DNA of 64,000 nt, from positions 186,001 to 250,000 of the forward strand of contig CAZXWN010000002.1 in assembly GCA_964644695.1 (NCBI GenBank), written 5' to 3'. The translations under genes were made by a program, and so were the position numbers. How positions within the stretch are numbered: the stretch's first letter is position 1; each line of letters starts with the position of its first letter. Of this stretch, positions 19,901-29,447 are shown piece after piece. The notes beneath the pieces are model-generated. The model saw only the letters and a list, made by a program, of their open reading frames with translations, did no database searches and had not been told where the DNA came from. The DNA is from an uncultured bacterium (GTDB taxonomy: Bacteria > UBP4 > UBA4092).

Positions 19901-21562
19901 GATATAGGGAATTTGGGATCTATACTCAACAAAGGTGGGGGCTTGGCGAATATTGATTTAATTTTAACAGGGACTCGAGAACGCCCCAGGATTAATGGAA
20001 ACATTATATTAAAAAATGGACGATATGATCTTTTGAAGTGCCAATCTGGAACATTATCAATTAATCTCAATGATAAGCTGGATGGCACGATAAAGGGTGA
20101 CTTCAATAAATGTAAACTCGGATCAGAGTTGTTTGATACTGGCTCGTTGCGTATAACAATGAAAGATCCTGTTATTAAGGTTGATGGTTTTCAGTTGACT
20201 CGAAAAGATTCTTTGGTAAAAGGACAGGGCACGATTCATTCTGATAATGGACAGACACAACTTGATTTGACTGCCCGCAAGATAATCCTGACTCGGTGGC
20301 TGACGACAAAACCCTCTGCCTGGTTGGAAGATAGTCGAGTTGATCTTGATGCTGAGTTTAATGGAAACTACAAAACTCAACAGGGTACCTATTATGTAAA
20401 GCGAATTGAGGGTAGTGCTGGATCTGCTACCTTAAATCTTCGTGAACCGGTTAAGGTGTCCTGGAAAAATGATGCTTATGACATTTCTCCTTTTATATTT
20501 GATAGTCATGTCACAGAAACTAAGAAAAATAAAAATGGAGTTCCAGTTGCCGGAAATGGTGGAGGCACTTTATCTGGACAGGGACAAATTCGTTATAAAG
20601 GGAATGATGCGGATTATGCCTTCACTATCAAGGCAAAGAAGTTTGCCTGGCCCATTTTTAAGGGAATAGATGCACTGTACGATGCGGATATAAATCTTAA
20701 CGATAAAACTGGAAAGATGAAAATGACGGGTGATGTTAAGTTGTATAGAACCAACATTACAACCGTTGTATCTATTGATAAGCTGGGAGGAAATAATCCG
20801 AACAGGATCACATCTTTACCAGAATTACCCTTTCAGATGGATATGAAATTATCAGCAGATTCAGCTGTTTTCTTTCATAATGATTTACTCAATCTGGAAG
20901 CTCGTGGATGGGCAAAATTAGTAACAAACTCCTCTAATGAATTGGAAGTTTCATATGAATTAAAAACACTGGGCGGAGCCATTCTTTACCGTAATAAGCA
21001 ATTCCCCATTACCCGTGCTGAGTTGAGAAATACAGACCCAAGAGTATTTAATCCATATATCGAAGCTGAGGCGCGCACCCGCATAAGAAGCATTGATATT
21101 TTCTTAAGAGTATTTGGGCCGCTTAATAATTATGATATTAATCTGACGAGTGATCCCCCATATTCTCAGTCGGATTTATTGGCACTCCTTGCGACAGGTC
21201 GAACCGTTGTTGAATTGAAAGAACTGGAAAAAGGTATTACGCCAGAGGTTGCGGCTGGATATGCCGGAGAACAGATTCTAAATACTCTGGGAAGTCCTGT
21301 TGTTAAAGCCGTGGGTATTGATAATGTAGCTGTTGAGTATGATGAAGTAGACAGTGAAACAAAACTGAAGATTGAAAAGAAAATTAACAATAGAATAAAA
21401 GCGGGCTACAATCTTGGGCTTTCCAAAGAGTCAAAATCTAATGCGGAAGTTGAAGTTAATTTAAATAAAAATTTATCCGTTGTAGGACGTGTTGGTGTTA
21501 ATTCTGTTACGAAAGAAGCCAATGGCTCTGTTGATTTGGAAATAAAGATTCCTACCCGTTAA
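16922..21562 (+). CDS. tamB: TamB/AsmA-like translocation and assembly module protein
   Basis: 1546 aa, N-terminal TM anchor, beta-rich body, C-terminal DUF490-like LTSDPPYSQSDLLALLATG. Confidence 0.8.
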   Translation: MKKWIREFIVKIKPWKTWPRRHRALIVLPLLFLALFLSGYVIIKNSSVQSYLKKEIITAVEKDMDASLKIGEIDGNPFSYLRLKQIDLQGPYKSEEPKNHIKASEVFVRFSLWQLLKGRVGFSRVYIKSPEVYLDTKVLLSHKTVNKKKGSFELGWLDIYQGNVTLVYLDKAYDIQNAVLQGSLSVSTSATVVKLRNFDGTVEGLKIDRIRGRVSFSPNRLEVNSLQIQGKDIRLDVNALMRMDPNSPPYLILQAESPKLPVDKIFDFIPKTSTPAAKGTARFKVKLSGQLDRLVGEGEISSLKGELGGMPYSKLNAHFSVNTSHIEIDKASIQILKGMINAQAEAHIIIDDAQAKNDNSSALSRLNIPFVLKVGLGDIDLTQIPKIDPTMSGNLSGNVKLEGALTRVSTWRGNGSFKWAKGTYRGVQNMAGRADLSLVEDNLYFKNVLFTSPGMDCKGNIDVLRVAKKNSRLEFKFDFTTQDFNNQKTILHFNNVSGAVKGTLHGVSDQWRPLLVDGKFQVGRGRFESLKFSSAEGIIHADRKLDISGQNIMWLDQWPIASAKVNIQMLADEKGRIYGMQFISIDGQNGQTQVKGKGTVDFRNQKMLFGYTGVNGRLEDLPVIQGFIPMFGGRLNVDGTVTGWGNKVVVSNKYTLTNPTVWKNGVPEAFKGDVVVAGPLVSYTVTGSGFDVRGTVENRKPESTMNMTAILKNARWNSPEGKGIEGNVNGNIQVNGRLSSLQLRGQLDNSNLRISEAVPVHVTQGTLQGSLLDTFKRGMVDCQIGSVHSKALSRNWNFPEMNVGFQWNNPHAVDIQVDADSGAIEKDQLSRFKMDMTYQFDREYLEFKDIRTGIGSQGAFDLKGYLDLKSKTSLFRANMVGRKFPIEQIWKFWDENPPIGGLSDFDVRWTSQGFDMGNASFEGTLGASNLSIVTQPGWSNAINLKGIDRFDVNINGTNGLVKLQNGKARIAGTDLTINGTLESGKPMNLKIKGDIGNLGSILNKGGGLANIDLILTGTRERPRINGNIILKNGRYDLLKCQSGTLSINLNDKLDGTIKGDFNKCKLGSELFDTGSLRITMKDPVIKVDGFQLTRKDSLVKGQGTIHSDNGQTQLDLTARKIILTRWLTTKPSAWLEDSRVDLDAEFNGNYKTQQGTYYVKRIEGSAGSATLNLREPVKVSWKNDAYDISPFIFDSHVTETKKNKNGVPVAGNGGGTLSGQGQIRYKGNDADYAFTIKAKKFAWPIFKGIDALYDADINLNDKTGKMKMTGDVKLYRTNITTVVSIDKLGGNNPNRITSLPELPFQMDMKLSADSAVFFHNDLLNLEARGWAKLVTNSSNELEVSYELKTLGGAILYRNKQFPITRAELRNTDPRVFNPYIEAEARTRIRSIDIFLRVFGPLNNYDINLTSDPPYSQSDLLALLATGRTVVELKELEKGITPEVAAGYAGEQILNTLGSPVVKAVGIDNVAVEYDEVDSETKLKIEKKINNRIKAGYNLGLSKESKSNAEVEVNLNKNLSVVGRVGVNSVTKEANGSVDLEIKIPTR

Positions 21563-21566
21563 TGGT

Positions 21567-22056
21567 ATGGAGAAAATTAAATATCCACATCAATTTCTTT
21601 GTGATGCCATGCTGGGCTCCTTGGCAAAATGGTTAAGGGTCCTTGGATTTGATACTGTGTATTATGTCCATACCACAGATCGTGAGATTGTTGCTCGCGC
21701 AATTAATGACCATCGTACAATTCTGACCAGGGATCATCATTTTCTACACATTAAAGCGGTTCAGTACTTGCTGATGATTGATAGCCTTGAATTAAATCGT
21801 CAAATTGGACAGGTTACTTATGACTTAAATTTGATACCAGAGGTTCGGTTGTTTTCCCGATGTATGGAATGTAACGCCGCATTGAACTCTGTGATTAAAG
21901 AACAGGTTTGTGATCAAGTTTTATGAGCATCATAATGAATTTAAGCAGTGTCTTGGATGTGGTAGGATTTACTGGGCTGGAAACCATTCTGAAGAGATTA
22001 AAGAAAGGCTTCGGCTCATTTTTAAGGATGATGTACAACTAATTGATGATTTATGA
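21567..22056 (+). pseudogene. Mut7-C RNase (PIN-like) gene, frameshifted near 21921
   Basis: FLCDAMLGSLAKWLRVLGFD...FSRCMECN stops at 21926; +1 frame continues YEHHNEFKQCLGCGRIYWAGNH to TGA 22056, overlapping the next ATG. Confidence 0.85.
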
Positions 22057-23897
22057 AACGATATTCACTTTCAGATTTGATTATGTGGGGAATTTATGGA
22101 CTCAGTTTCCTACTTCCAATATTTATTATTCCCAGTGCTTATGATTCTTATGTGATGCCCAAATGGGCTTTATTACAGTCATTTACTCTTCTGTTTGTTG
22201 CAGGGATAATGATTTTGCCTCAGACAAAAATCTCTCTCCGAAAAACAATTCTAATTCCACTATTTGTGTGGACTCTCTGGTTAGTCTGTACTGCTTTCTT
22301 TGCCCAGAGTAAGGCTCTGGCAATTACTGATATTGGGCACTGGTTGTTTATATTATTACTGTATAGTGTTTTTTGTGTGGTGATAGACTCTTTCGAAAAA
22401 CTGCAACGGATGATGATGAGTTTATTAGGTGCAGGGCTGATTACCGCAGTCTGGATACTTCTTCTGGATTACCATGTGATAGGTGCTGGATTGATATCAA
22501 AGCTGCCAGACTGGAGAGGATACCTGGTAGCGGGTATGGGGAATTCTGATTATGTGGCAGGATTTCTGGCGGCAATATGGCCTGTTGGATTAAATTTCTA
22601 CCTGACTTCAGAAAGCAGGAAAGGTCTCTGGTTCTGGGGGACTCTTTTATCTTTGATAGCGGCGGCTTTGATAGTTACTTATTCAGTAGGTTCAAATGGT
22701 GGTCTAATCATTGGGTTATTAGTCATGCTGATATTATGTCTCTACTATCGGAAAGAGTGGTTTGTCCGAAAAATTCAGCACAGATTATTAGGATTAGGTG
22801 GGATATTACTCCTGATTATATTGTTTTATTCAGTCCCTAATCCCTGGAATGGGCGGGGGATGTCAATATTTCAACAAGCTTTTGGATCTTGGAGGTGGAA
22901 AGAGGGTGGAGATACCCGATTCGTAATCTGGTGGAATACCCTGGAAATTATCAAAGCTCACCCCATAACGGGTGTGGGAGCGGGTAATTTCACCCTTCGC
23001 TATCTGGATACAGTCTCTTCCCATGTTTTGAATAACCCTCAGTATCGGTTATATTCGGGTGAATATACGAATGCGGCCCATAATGAAATACTACAGGCGT
23101 GGGCTGAAACCGGTATCGTGGGCGTTTTATTACTTTTATTGATTGTTGGATACGTTATCTCTTTGTATGTAAAAGCATTGAAAGGGAAGCTATTACCAGA
23201 CCAACGCGTATTGATAATAGGTTGCCTGAGTGGTGGAATTGCCTTAGGTTTGTATGGAATGATGAGTTATCCGCTACATCTGCCTTCAGCGGTGTTAGTA
23301 GCCATTGTTTATGCTTTTGTTCCAACACTCTGGCTGGGCAGGGCGATACCTCAGAATAATATAGACCAACAGAGTCAGCCGTCCTGGTTCAGGATTATCA
23401 GAACTGTTTTTATATCTGTTTTGTTATTAACTGGATTGATTTGGATTAATCTCCCGTTATTGGCAGAAATTCGATATAAGCAAGGTGAAATATTGTCAGC
23501 ATCAGGGCAAAAAGAAGAAGCTTTTGACTATTATGACCAAGCGGCGATAATGGCTGATCATGCCGATGCTCAATACAAACTGGGTCGCCTGTTGATTGAA
23601 CGTGGACAATTGACTGAAGGCATAAAAATATTGGAACGATGTGCACAAAAAAGAGGCGACAAGCATATACGATATGACCTGGCAACTCTGTATTATCTGA
23701 ATGGTCAGGTATCAAAATCAATTCCGTTATTAGAGAATTTAGTCCATAATAATCCCGATGATGCGACCTATTGGCGTTTGATGTGGCTGGCCCAATTAAA
23801 AACGGGACACAAAGAAGCCGCAGAACAAGCAATGTTGCAGTGGAAAAAGCTGGAAGATAAATCTGACATATTGCAGTATTCACCAGAGAGGAAGTAA
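22053..23897 (+). CDS. O-antigen ligase / O-oligosaccharyltransferase-like membrane protein with C-terminal TPR
   Basis: Many TM helices, R..IW, HPITGVGAGNF, AHNEILQAWAETGIVG; TPR-like tail. Confidence 0.8.
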   Translation: MKRYSLSDLIMWGIYGLSFLLPIFIIPSAYDSYVMPKWALLQSFTLLFVAGIMILPQTKISLRKTILIPLFVWTLWLVCTAFFAQSKALAITDIGHWLFILLLYSVFCVVIDSFEKLQRMMMSLLGAGLITAVWILLLDYHVIGAGLISKLPDWRGYLVAGMGNSDYVAGFLAAIWPVGLNFYLTSESRKGLWFWGTLLSLIAAALIVTYSVGSNGGLIIGLLVMLILCLYYRKEWFVRKIQHRLLGLGGILLLIILFYSVPNPWNGRGMSIFQQAFGSWRWKEGGDTRFVIWWNTLEIIKAHPITGVGAGNFTLRYLDTVSSHVLNNPQYRLYSGEYTNAAHNEILQAWAETGIVGVLLLLLIVGYVISLYVKALKGKLLPDQRVLIIGCLSGGIALGLYGMMSYPLHLPSAVLVAIVYAFVPTLWLGRAIPQNNIDQQSQPSWFRIIRTVFISVLLLTGLIWINLPLLAEIRYKQGEILSASGQKEEAFDYYDQAAIMADHADAQYKLGRLLIERGQLTEGIKILERCAQKRGDKHIRYDLATLYYLNGQVSKSIPLLENLVHNNPDDATYWRLMWLAQLKTGHKEAAEQAMLQWKKLEDKSDILQYSPERK

Positions 23898-23903
23898 CAA
23901 ATA

Positions 23904-24614
23904 ATGTTGATGAGCATCAAAGAATTAAATAAGAAATATCCTATGGATCAAGGAGAACTTCACATCTTAAAAGGGGTGAATTTATCAGTTGAGCCAGGGG
24001 AATTTGTCGCGATTATGGGGCCTTCTGGTTCTGGTAAATCTACTCTGATGCACATTCTGGGATTACTGGACCAACCGACTTCTGGAGAATACCTTTTTGA
24101 TGGATATCCTGTACATAGTTTGAATGATACGGAATTGTCCCGAGTCAGAAATAAAGAAATCGGATACGTCTTTCAATTCCATAACTTACTTCCTCAATTA
24201 ACCCTTCTTGAAAATGTTGAAATGCCTATGGTCTATTCAAATGTGTCACGAAAAGAACGAGTCAGGCGTGCTACTGAATTAATTGAAGCCGTTGGATTGG
24301 GACATCGACTTAATCATGTATCGACCCGGTTATCCGGTGGAGAAAGTCAGCGGGGTGCCATTGCTCGCGCTTTAGCTAATAATCCAAAACTGATTCTGGC
24401 AGATGAACCGACAGGAAACCTTGATACTAAAAGTGGTAATCAGATCATGGCCATATTCCAAAAAATGAATGATCGTGGCATGACCATTGTCTTAGTGACC
24501 CATGAGCCAGACATCGCCAAATTTGCGAAAAGATCTCTGCATGTCCGTGATGGCGTGATTGAGCGGGATGAGCCTATTTTAAACCGGACAATACTTACCA
24601 CGGATGTCCTATAG
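23904..24614 (+). CDS. ABC transporter ATP-binding protein (LolD/MacB family)
   Basis: GPSGSGKST, LSGGESQR, ILADEPTGNLD. Confidence 0.92.
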   Translation: MLMSIKELNKKYPMDQGELHILKGVNLSVEPGEFVAIMGPSGSGKSTLMHILGLLDQPTSGEYLFDGYPVHSLNDTELSRVRNKEIGYVFQFHNLLPQLTLLENVEMPMVYSNVSRKERVRRATELIEAVGLGHRLNHVSTRLSGGESQRGAIARALANNPKLILADEPTGNLDTKSGNQIMAIFQKMNDRGMTIVLVTHEPDIAKFAKRSLHVRDGVIERDEPILNRTILTTDVL

Positions 24615-24631
24615 AATGGATGGACCTTTAG

Positions 24632-26305
24632 ATGAAATCTGATATTGAAATTGCACAAAATACGGTTCTCAAGCCTATTGTAGAAATTGCGGAAAAGGCA
24701 GGTATTCCAGAGGATGCGCTGGAATATTATGGTCGATATAAATCGAAGGTCAGTCTGAATTTATTAGAAGAGCTCAAAGATAATCCGGATGGAAAGTTGA
24801 TTCTGGTAACGGCTATGACAGCTACCCCGGCCGGAGATGGAAAGACCTGTACAGCCGTGGGGTTGACTCAGGCTTTGGGACAGCTGGGTCAGAAAGTCAT
24901 TCTGTGTTTACGCGAGCCGTCTTTGGGGCCTACATTTGGACTTAAAGGGGGTGCCACAGGGGGTGGACATTCCCAGGTTCTCCCTATGGAAGATATTAAT
25001 CTTCATTTTACGGGAGATATTCACGCTGTTGGAACGGCTCATAATTTACTTTCTGCCATGGTGGATAATCACCTGACCCAGGGAAATGAATTGGATATTG
25101 ATCCATTAACCGTGACTTGGAAACGGGTTGTGGATATGAATGACAGGGCACTGCGAAATATCATTGTTGGGCTGGGAGGGCGCAGAAATGGTGGAGTCCC
25201 CCGGGAAAGTGGATTTGATATTACTGTTGCCTCTGAAGTGATGGCCATCTTGGCGCTGGCCTCAGATTTACAGGATTTGAAGAAACGGCTGGCAAAGATA
25301 GTCATTGGGTATAACTATTCAGGAAAAGCCGTAACAGCCGGGGATATTAAGGCAGAAGGTGCAATGGCTCTACTGTTGAAAGAAGCTATTAAGCCGAATC
25401 TGGTTCAAACTATGGAAGGTCAGGCTGCTTTTGTGCATTGTGGGCCTTTTGGAAATATTGCACATGGGACAAACAGTATCCTGGCAACCCGTATGGCCCT
25501 GAAACTGGGGGATTATGTGGTAACTGAGGCTGGATTTGCAACCGATCTGGGAGCTGAGAAATTCTGTCATATTGTCTGTAATGCTGGAGGATTTCAACCA
25601 GCCGTTGCTGTTTTGGTGGCAACTCTTAGAGCATTAAAAATGCATGGGGGAGCCGCAAAAAATAAATATGATCAACCTAATTCTGAAGCGGTAACCAAAG
25701 GTCTGGATAATTTGGATAAACACATCGAAAACCTGGCCCATTTTGGTCTGGCTACTGTGGTGGCCTTGAATAAGTTCCCTGATGATCCTGACAACGAAAT
25801 TAAACTTGTGCAGGATTATTGTAATGCCCGGAAGATACCTTTTGCGGTGTCGGATGTTGTTTCCAGTGGTGGAAAGGGTGGGCTGGAACTGGCAGAAATC
25901 GTAAAGCAGGCGGCTGACAGTGGATTAACTCGATATCGGACAGTGTATTCTATTGAAGAACATTTACGGGAAAAAATACGGAAAGTGGCCCGTGAGATAT
26001 ACGGAGCAGATGATGTCGTTTACACTGCCCGTGCTGAAAAGGATTTGGAATCTCTCGAAGTAAATGGATTTGCCACCCTTCCTTTATGTATGGCGAAAAC
26101 ACAATATTCTTTATCGGATGACCCTCTGAAATTAAACCGACCTACGGGCTGGAAACTGACTGTCAGGGAATTGAAACCTTCTATCGGTGCGGGTTTTATT
26201 GTGGTTTATACGGGTGAGGTAATGACGATGCCCGGATTACCCGTACACCCGGCGGCAGAACAGATTGATATCGATGCTACGGGAAAAATTACGGGACTAT
26301 CCTGA
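24632..26305 (+). CDS. fhs: Formate--tetrahydrofolate ligase
   Basis: TPAGDGKT, REPSLGP, KGGATGGG, INLHFTGD, TEAGF, MTMPGLP. Confidence 0.97.
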   Translation: MKSDIEIAQNTVLKPIVEIAEKAGIPEDALEYYGRYKSKVSLNLLEELKDNPDGKLILVTAMTATPAGDGKTCTAVGLTQALGQLGQKVILCLREPSLGPTFGLKGGATGGGHSQVLPMEDINLHFTGDIHAVGTAHNLLSAMVDNHLTQGNELDIDPLTVTWKRVVDMNDRALRNIIVGLGGRRNGGVPRESGFDITVASEVMAILALASDLQDLKKRLAKIVIGYNYSGKAVTAGDIKAEGAMALLLKEAIKPNLVQTMEGQAAFVHCGPFGNIAHGTNSILATRMALKLGDYVVTEAGFATDLGAEKFCHIVCNAGGFQPAVAVLVATLRALKMHGGAAKNKYDQPNSEAVTKGLDNLDKHIENLAHFGLATVVALNKFPDDPDNEIKLVQDYCNARKIPFAVSDVVSSGGKGGLELAEIVKQAADSGLTRYRTVYSIEEHLREKIRKVAREIYGADDVVYTARAEKDLESLEVNGFATLPLCMAKTQYSLSDDPLKLNRPTGWKLTVRELKPSIGAGFIVVYTGEVMTMPGLPVHPAAEQIDIDATGKITGLS

Positions 26306-26342
26306 TTTAACGTAAATCGGCGGTTTTATTCTAAAGAGGTAA

Positions 26343-26371
26343 TTGCACTTCTGTCCAAAAGTCACTATAAT
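26343..26371 (+). promoter_or_regulatory. Putative sigma-70 promoter of tRNA-Ser
   Basis: TTGCAC-N17-TATAAT. Confidence 0.6.
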
Positions 26372-26389
26372 TTTATAGTACGCTTTTGC

Positions 26390-26479
26390 GGAGAGATGTC
26401 CGAGTGGTTGAAGGTGCACGCTTGGAAAGCGTGTGTGCCGGAAACGGTACCCAGGGTTCGAATCCCTGTCTCTCCGCCA
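26390..26479 (+). tRNA. tRNA-Ser(GGA)
   Basis: GGAGAGA/TCTCTCC acceptor, CACGC-TTGGAAA-GCGTG anticodon arm, long variable arm, GTTCGAATCC, encoded CCA. Confidence 0.97.
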
Positions 26480-26529
26480 TTTTATTTCCCTCCTTATTTC
26501 CTCTAAATCACCTCTAGTCTTCTGAATGC

Positions 26530-26558
26530 TTGACAGTTACCTTGTTCTCATATAATCT
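26530..26558 (+). promoter_or_regulatory. Putative sigma-70 promoter, possibly giving a leaderless mRNA
   Basis: TTGACA-N17-TAATCT (TATAAT 2 nt earlier); GTG start 7 nt downstream, no SD. Confidence 0.5.
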
Positions 26559-26564
26559 AAACCT

Positions 26565-26939
26565 GTGATTAACCTATGTGCATCATGGATCGGGATTCTA
26601 TTGGGATGTCTGGCGGGTGCCACGACAGGGTTATTCTTTCATCAGGAAAATTGGCTGCACGGATATAACTCCTGGGAACGCCGCATGACTCGGTTAGCCC
26701 ATATCTCATTTTTTGGATTGGGCTTCATCAATTTTATGTATGGCATGACCTGTCTGTATTTGAATTTGAAATTTACGCCTGATTATTCTGCTTACCTTCT
26801 TATCTGTGGTGCGATTACGATGCCCATAGTATGTTATCTCTCCGCATTTCGTAAATTCTTCCGTCACTTATTCTTTATCCCGGTGGTTTCAATACTATCC
26901 GGGATATTATTCTTTTTCTGGCAGGTGGGAAAACTATGA
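26565..26939 (+). CDS. Hypothetical 4-TM membrane protein
   Basis: Hydrophobic helices, GYNSWERRMTRLAHISFFG; ATGA overlap with next gene. Confidence 0.7.
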   Translation: MINLCASWIGILLGCLAGATTGLFFHQENWLHGYNSWERRMTRLAHISFFGLGFINFMYGMTCLYLNLKFTPDYSAYLLICGAITMPIVCYLSAFRKFFRHLFFIPVVSILSGILFFFWQVGKL

Positions 26940-28255
26940 AAATTGGATTAATTGCAATGAGTGGTGTCAGGTGTTGTGACCCTGAATTATTATCATTGGG
27001 GCTGACTCTACCGGGATTTGTGGAGCGAAGTAAGACTATTGCCTCATTACCCAGCCTGGGATTGTTAATTCTGGCGGGAATGACGGATTCACGGCATCAG
27101 GTGGAATATATTGAAGTCCCGGATTTGGGATGTTGGGATAGTCTTCCAAGAGATTTTGACTTGGTAGCTATCTCCACTTATACCGCCCAGGCTGCTGAAG
27201 CCTATGATCTGGCCTCACGGTTCCGTGGTTTAAATATTCCCGTTGTTATGGGGGGACCGCATGTGACAGCTGTTCCCGATGAAGCGCTCAAGTATTGCGA
27301 TGCGGTGGCTGTCGGAGAAGGTGAAATATCCTGGAACAAGATTCTCGAAGATACCGAAGCGGGAAAACTCAATGGGAAATATGGCCATGTGAATGGTGGT
27401 TGTGATTTCAATCATCCAGTGATGCCTGCCTTCGAAAAACTGGACATCAGCCGTTATAATCGGTTAACGGTACAAACCAGTCGGGGATGTCCTCATCAAT
27501 GTGAGTTCTGTGCCAGTTCAGTGATTATCTCTCATCATTACAAACAAAAACCTGTCAGTAGTGTTTTAGCCGAAATTGAGAAAATCCAGACAATATGGAC
27601 TCATCCCTTCCTGGAATTTGCAGATGATAATGCCATGGTCAATAAGGCGTATTGGCGTGAGCTGTTAGCAGAACTGGGGAAAAAGAAGATCCGTTGGTTT
27701 GCGGAAACGGATTTATCTATTAGTGAAGATGATGAATTACTGGAACAAATGCGAGAGTCTGGATGTGCCCAGGTTTTGATAGGACTGGAAAGTCCCGTAC
27801 AATCGGCACTGATGGGTGTTGAACTCCATAATAACTGGAAATATAAACGATTTGATGATTACAAACAGGCGATCCGAAATATCCAATCCCATGGCATTAC
27901 TGTGAACGGCTGTTTTATTTTAGGCTTGGATGGGCACAAGACGGATATCTTTGATAAGGTCTTTGAATTTGTGAAAGAAACGGAGTTGTATGAGGTGCAG
28001 ATTACTTATATGACTCCTTTCCCGGGGACGCCTCTTTATGCCCGATTGTTAAAGGAAGACCGATTATTGGAGCCGGAGAACTGGGCAAAGTGTACCCTGT
28101 TTGATGTGAATTATAAACCCGCTCAGATGTCCGTAGAAGAACTTCAGAATGGATTCAGGGATTTGGCTGTTAAGATATATTCAGATGACTTTACGAAATG
28201 GCGCCGGGATACTTTTAAGAAATATTTAAAGGAACATCACCAAAGGACACATTAA
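26936..28255 (+). CDS. Cobalamin-binding-domain radical SAM protein
   Basis: PSLGLLILAG, VVMGGPHVT, QTSRGCPHQCEFC, IGLES, TPFPGTPLY. Confidence 0.88.
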   Translation: MKIGLIAMSGVRCCDPELLSLGLTLPGFVERSKTIASLPSLGLLILAGMTDSRHQVEYIEVPDLGCWDSLPRDFDLVAISTYTAQAAEAYDLASRFRGLNIPVVMGGPHVTAVPDEALKYCDAVAVGEGEISWNKILEDTEAGKLNGKYGHVNGGCDFNHPVMPAFEKLDISRYNRLTVQTSRGCPHQCEFCASSVIISHHYKQKPVSSVLAEIEKIQTIWTHPFLEFADDNAMVNKAYWRELLAELGKKKIRWFAETDLSISEDDELLEQMRESGCAQVLIGLESPVQSALMGVELHNNWKYKRFDDYKQAIRNIQSHGITVNGCFILGLDGHKTDIFDKVFEFVKETELYEVQITYMTPFPGTPLYARLLKEDRLLEPENWAKCTLFDVNYKPAQMSVEELQNGFRDLAVKIYSDDFTKWRRDTFKKYLKEHHQRTH

Positions 28256-28635
28256 TGTTTGTACACAGACTTTTATTTGGACTGAGTGCTGTTTATGACG
28301 GGGTCTTGGCATTGATGTTTATATTGTTCGGTCCTGCCTTATTTCGGTTTTATCAGGTGACACCTCCGAACCACTGGGGATACATCCTTTTTCCGGGTCT
28401 GATGTTATTCATCTTCAGTGTGATGTTTTTTCAAATTGCACGGGAACCCGTAAAGAACCGGAATCTGATACCTTACGGGATTATGTTGAAAGCCGCCTAT
28501 TGTGGCTGTGTATTTTATTACTGGGTGACCAGTGGGATCCCGGGGATGTGGAAACCGTTTGCGGTTTATGATTTCATCTTTGGGATTCTGTTTACAGTTA
28601 GTTATGTACAATTAGGAAAAATCAAAAATATCTAA
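28255..28635 (+). CDS. Hypothetical 4-TM membrane protein
   Basis: Hydrophobic; YDG..PPNHWGY..P motif; TAATG overlap with rSAM stop. Confidence 0.7.
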   Translation: MFVHRLLFGLSAVYDGVLALMFILFGPALFRFYQVTPPNHWGYILFPGLMLFIFSVMFFQIAREPVKNRNLIPYGIMLKAAYCGCVFYYWVTSGIPGMWKPFAVYDFIFGILFTVSYVQLGKIKNI

Positions 28636-28669
28636 TATCCATCCCTGACAGGATTGCCGGGGTGTTGGA

Positions 28670-29362
28670 TTGATTGAAAGCATACAAATGTCTGAAAAAC
28701 AAAGATCGTACTGGGAATTAACCGGTTTAGTTTTGACCGGTTTTTTTCATATAGTGATTGAACAAATCAGTATTTACCTGAATTATTCGGGGCCCCGATT
28801 GTACGGCCCGGATTATATTTACAATATGATGGCGGTTGTGGCCTGGGTAGGGTATGTCACTTATCGGACAAAAAAGGACCGGACTCTTTGGAAACAATGG
28901 GGATTTCGTCTGGACAATATCAAGCCTGCTGCATTGTGGTCGCTGGGGTTTGCGGTTATTGCCGGGTGTCTGTTGGGTGGATATGGTTATGTGATTAAGG
29001 GATACCGGTATCCTTTCCTTTCACTCATGGTTATCTTTTCCCTGTATCCTCTATGGGGACTGGCTCAACAATTCGCGCTTCAGGTGTTTGCTAACCGGAA
29101 CTTAAGAACTGTTGGATTATATACAGGTGTCCGAATCTTATTCGTTGCCTGTCTGTTCAGTATCTCTCATTTCCCGAATTATCCATTGATGGGCCTGGTT
29201 TTCCTGTTAGGATTGTTTGCTACCGTGTTATATGACCGGTATCCGAATTTCTGGGTCTTATCTGTTCTCCATGGGTTTTTGGGTGGGATGGCTTACTTCT
29301 TTATCTTGGGAGAAGACCCTGCTGCACCGATTATAGCGGCATTATCTCGATTCTTTGGGTAA
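28670..29362 (+). CDS. CPBP (CAAX/Abi) family intramembrane protease-like protein
   Basis: QQFALQ in place of EE..FRG, FSISH, LHGFLG; start may be ATG 28688. Confidence 0.7.
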   Translation: MIESIQMSEKQRSYWELTGLVLTGFFHIVIEQISIYLNYSGPRLYGPDYIYNMMAVVAWVGYVTYRTKKDRTLWKQWGFRLDNIKPAALWSLGFAVIAGCLLGGYGYVIKGYRYPFLSLMVIFSLYPLWGLAQQFALQVFANRNLRTVGLYTGVRILFVACLFSISHFPNYPLMGLVFLLGLFATVLYDRYPNFWVLSVLHGFLGGMAYFFILGEDPAAPIIAALSRFFG

Positions 29363-29447
29363 TAACAGACGTTATCTGACCGTAAAGTGAATCATCCGCA
29401 ATGTTATACTACAGACAATAGATACTAAATGGTCTGGATAATATTGC

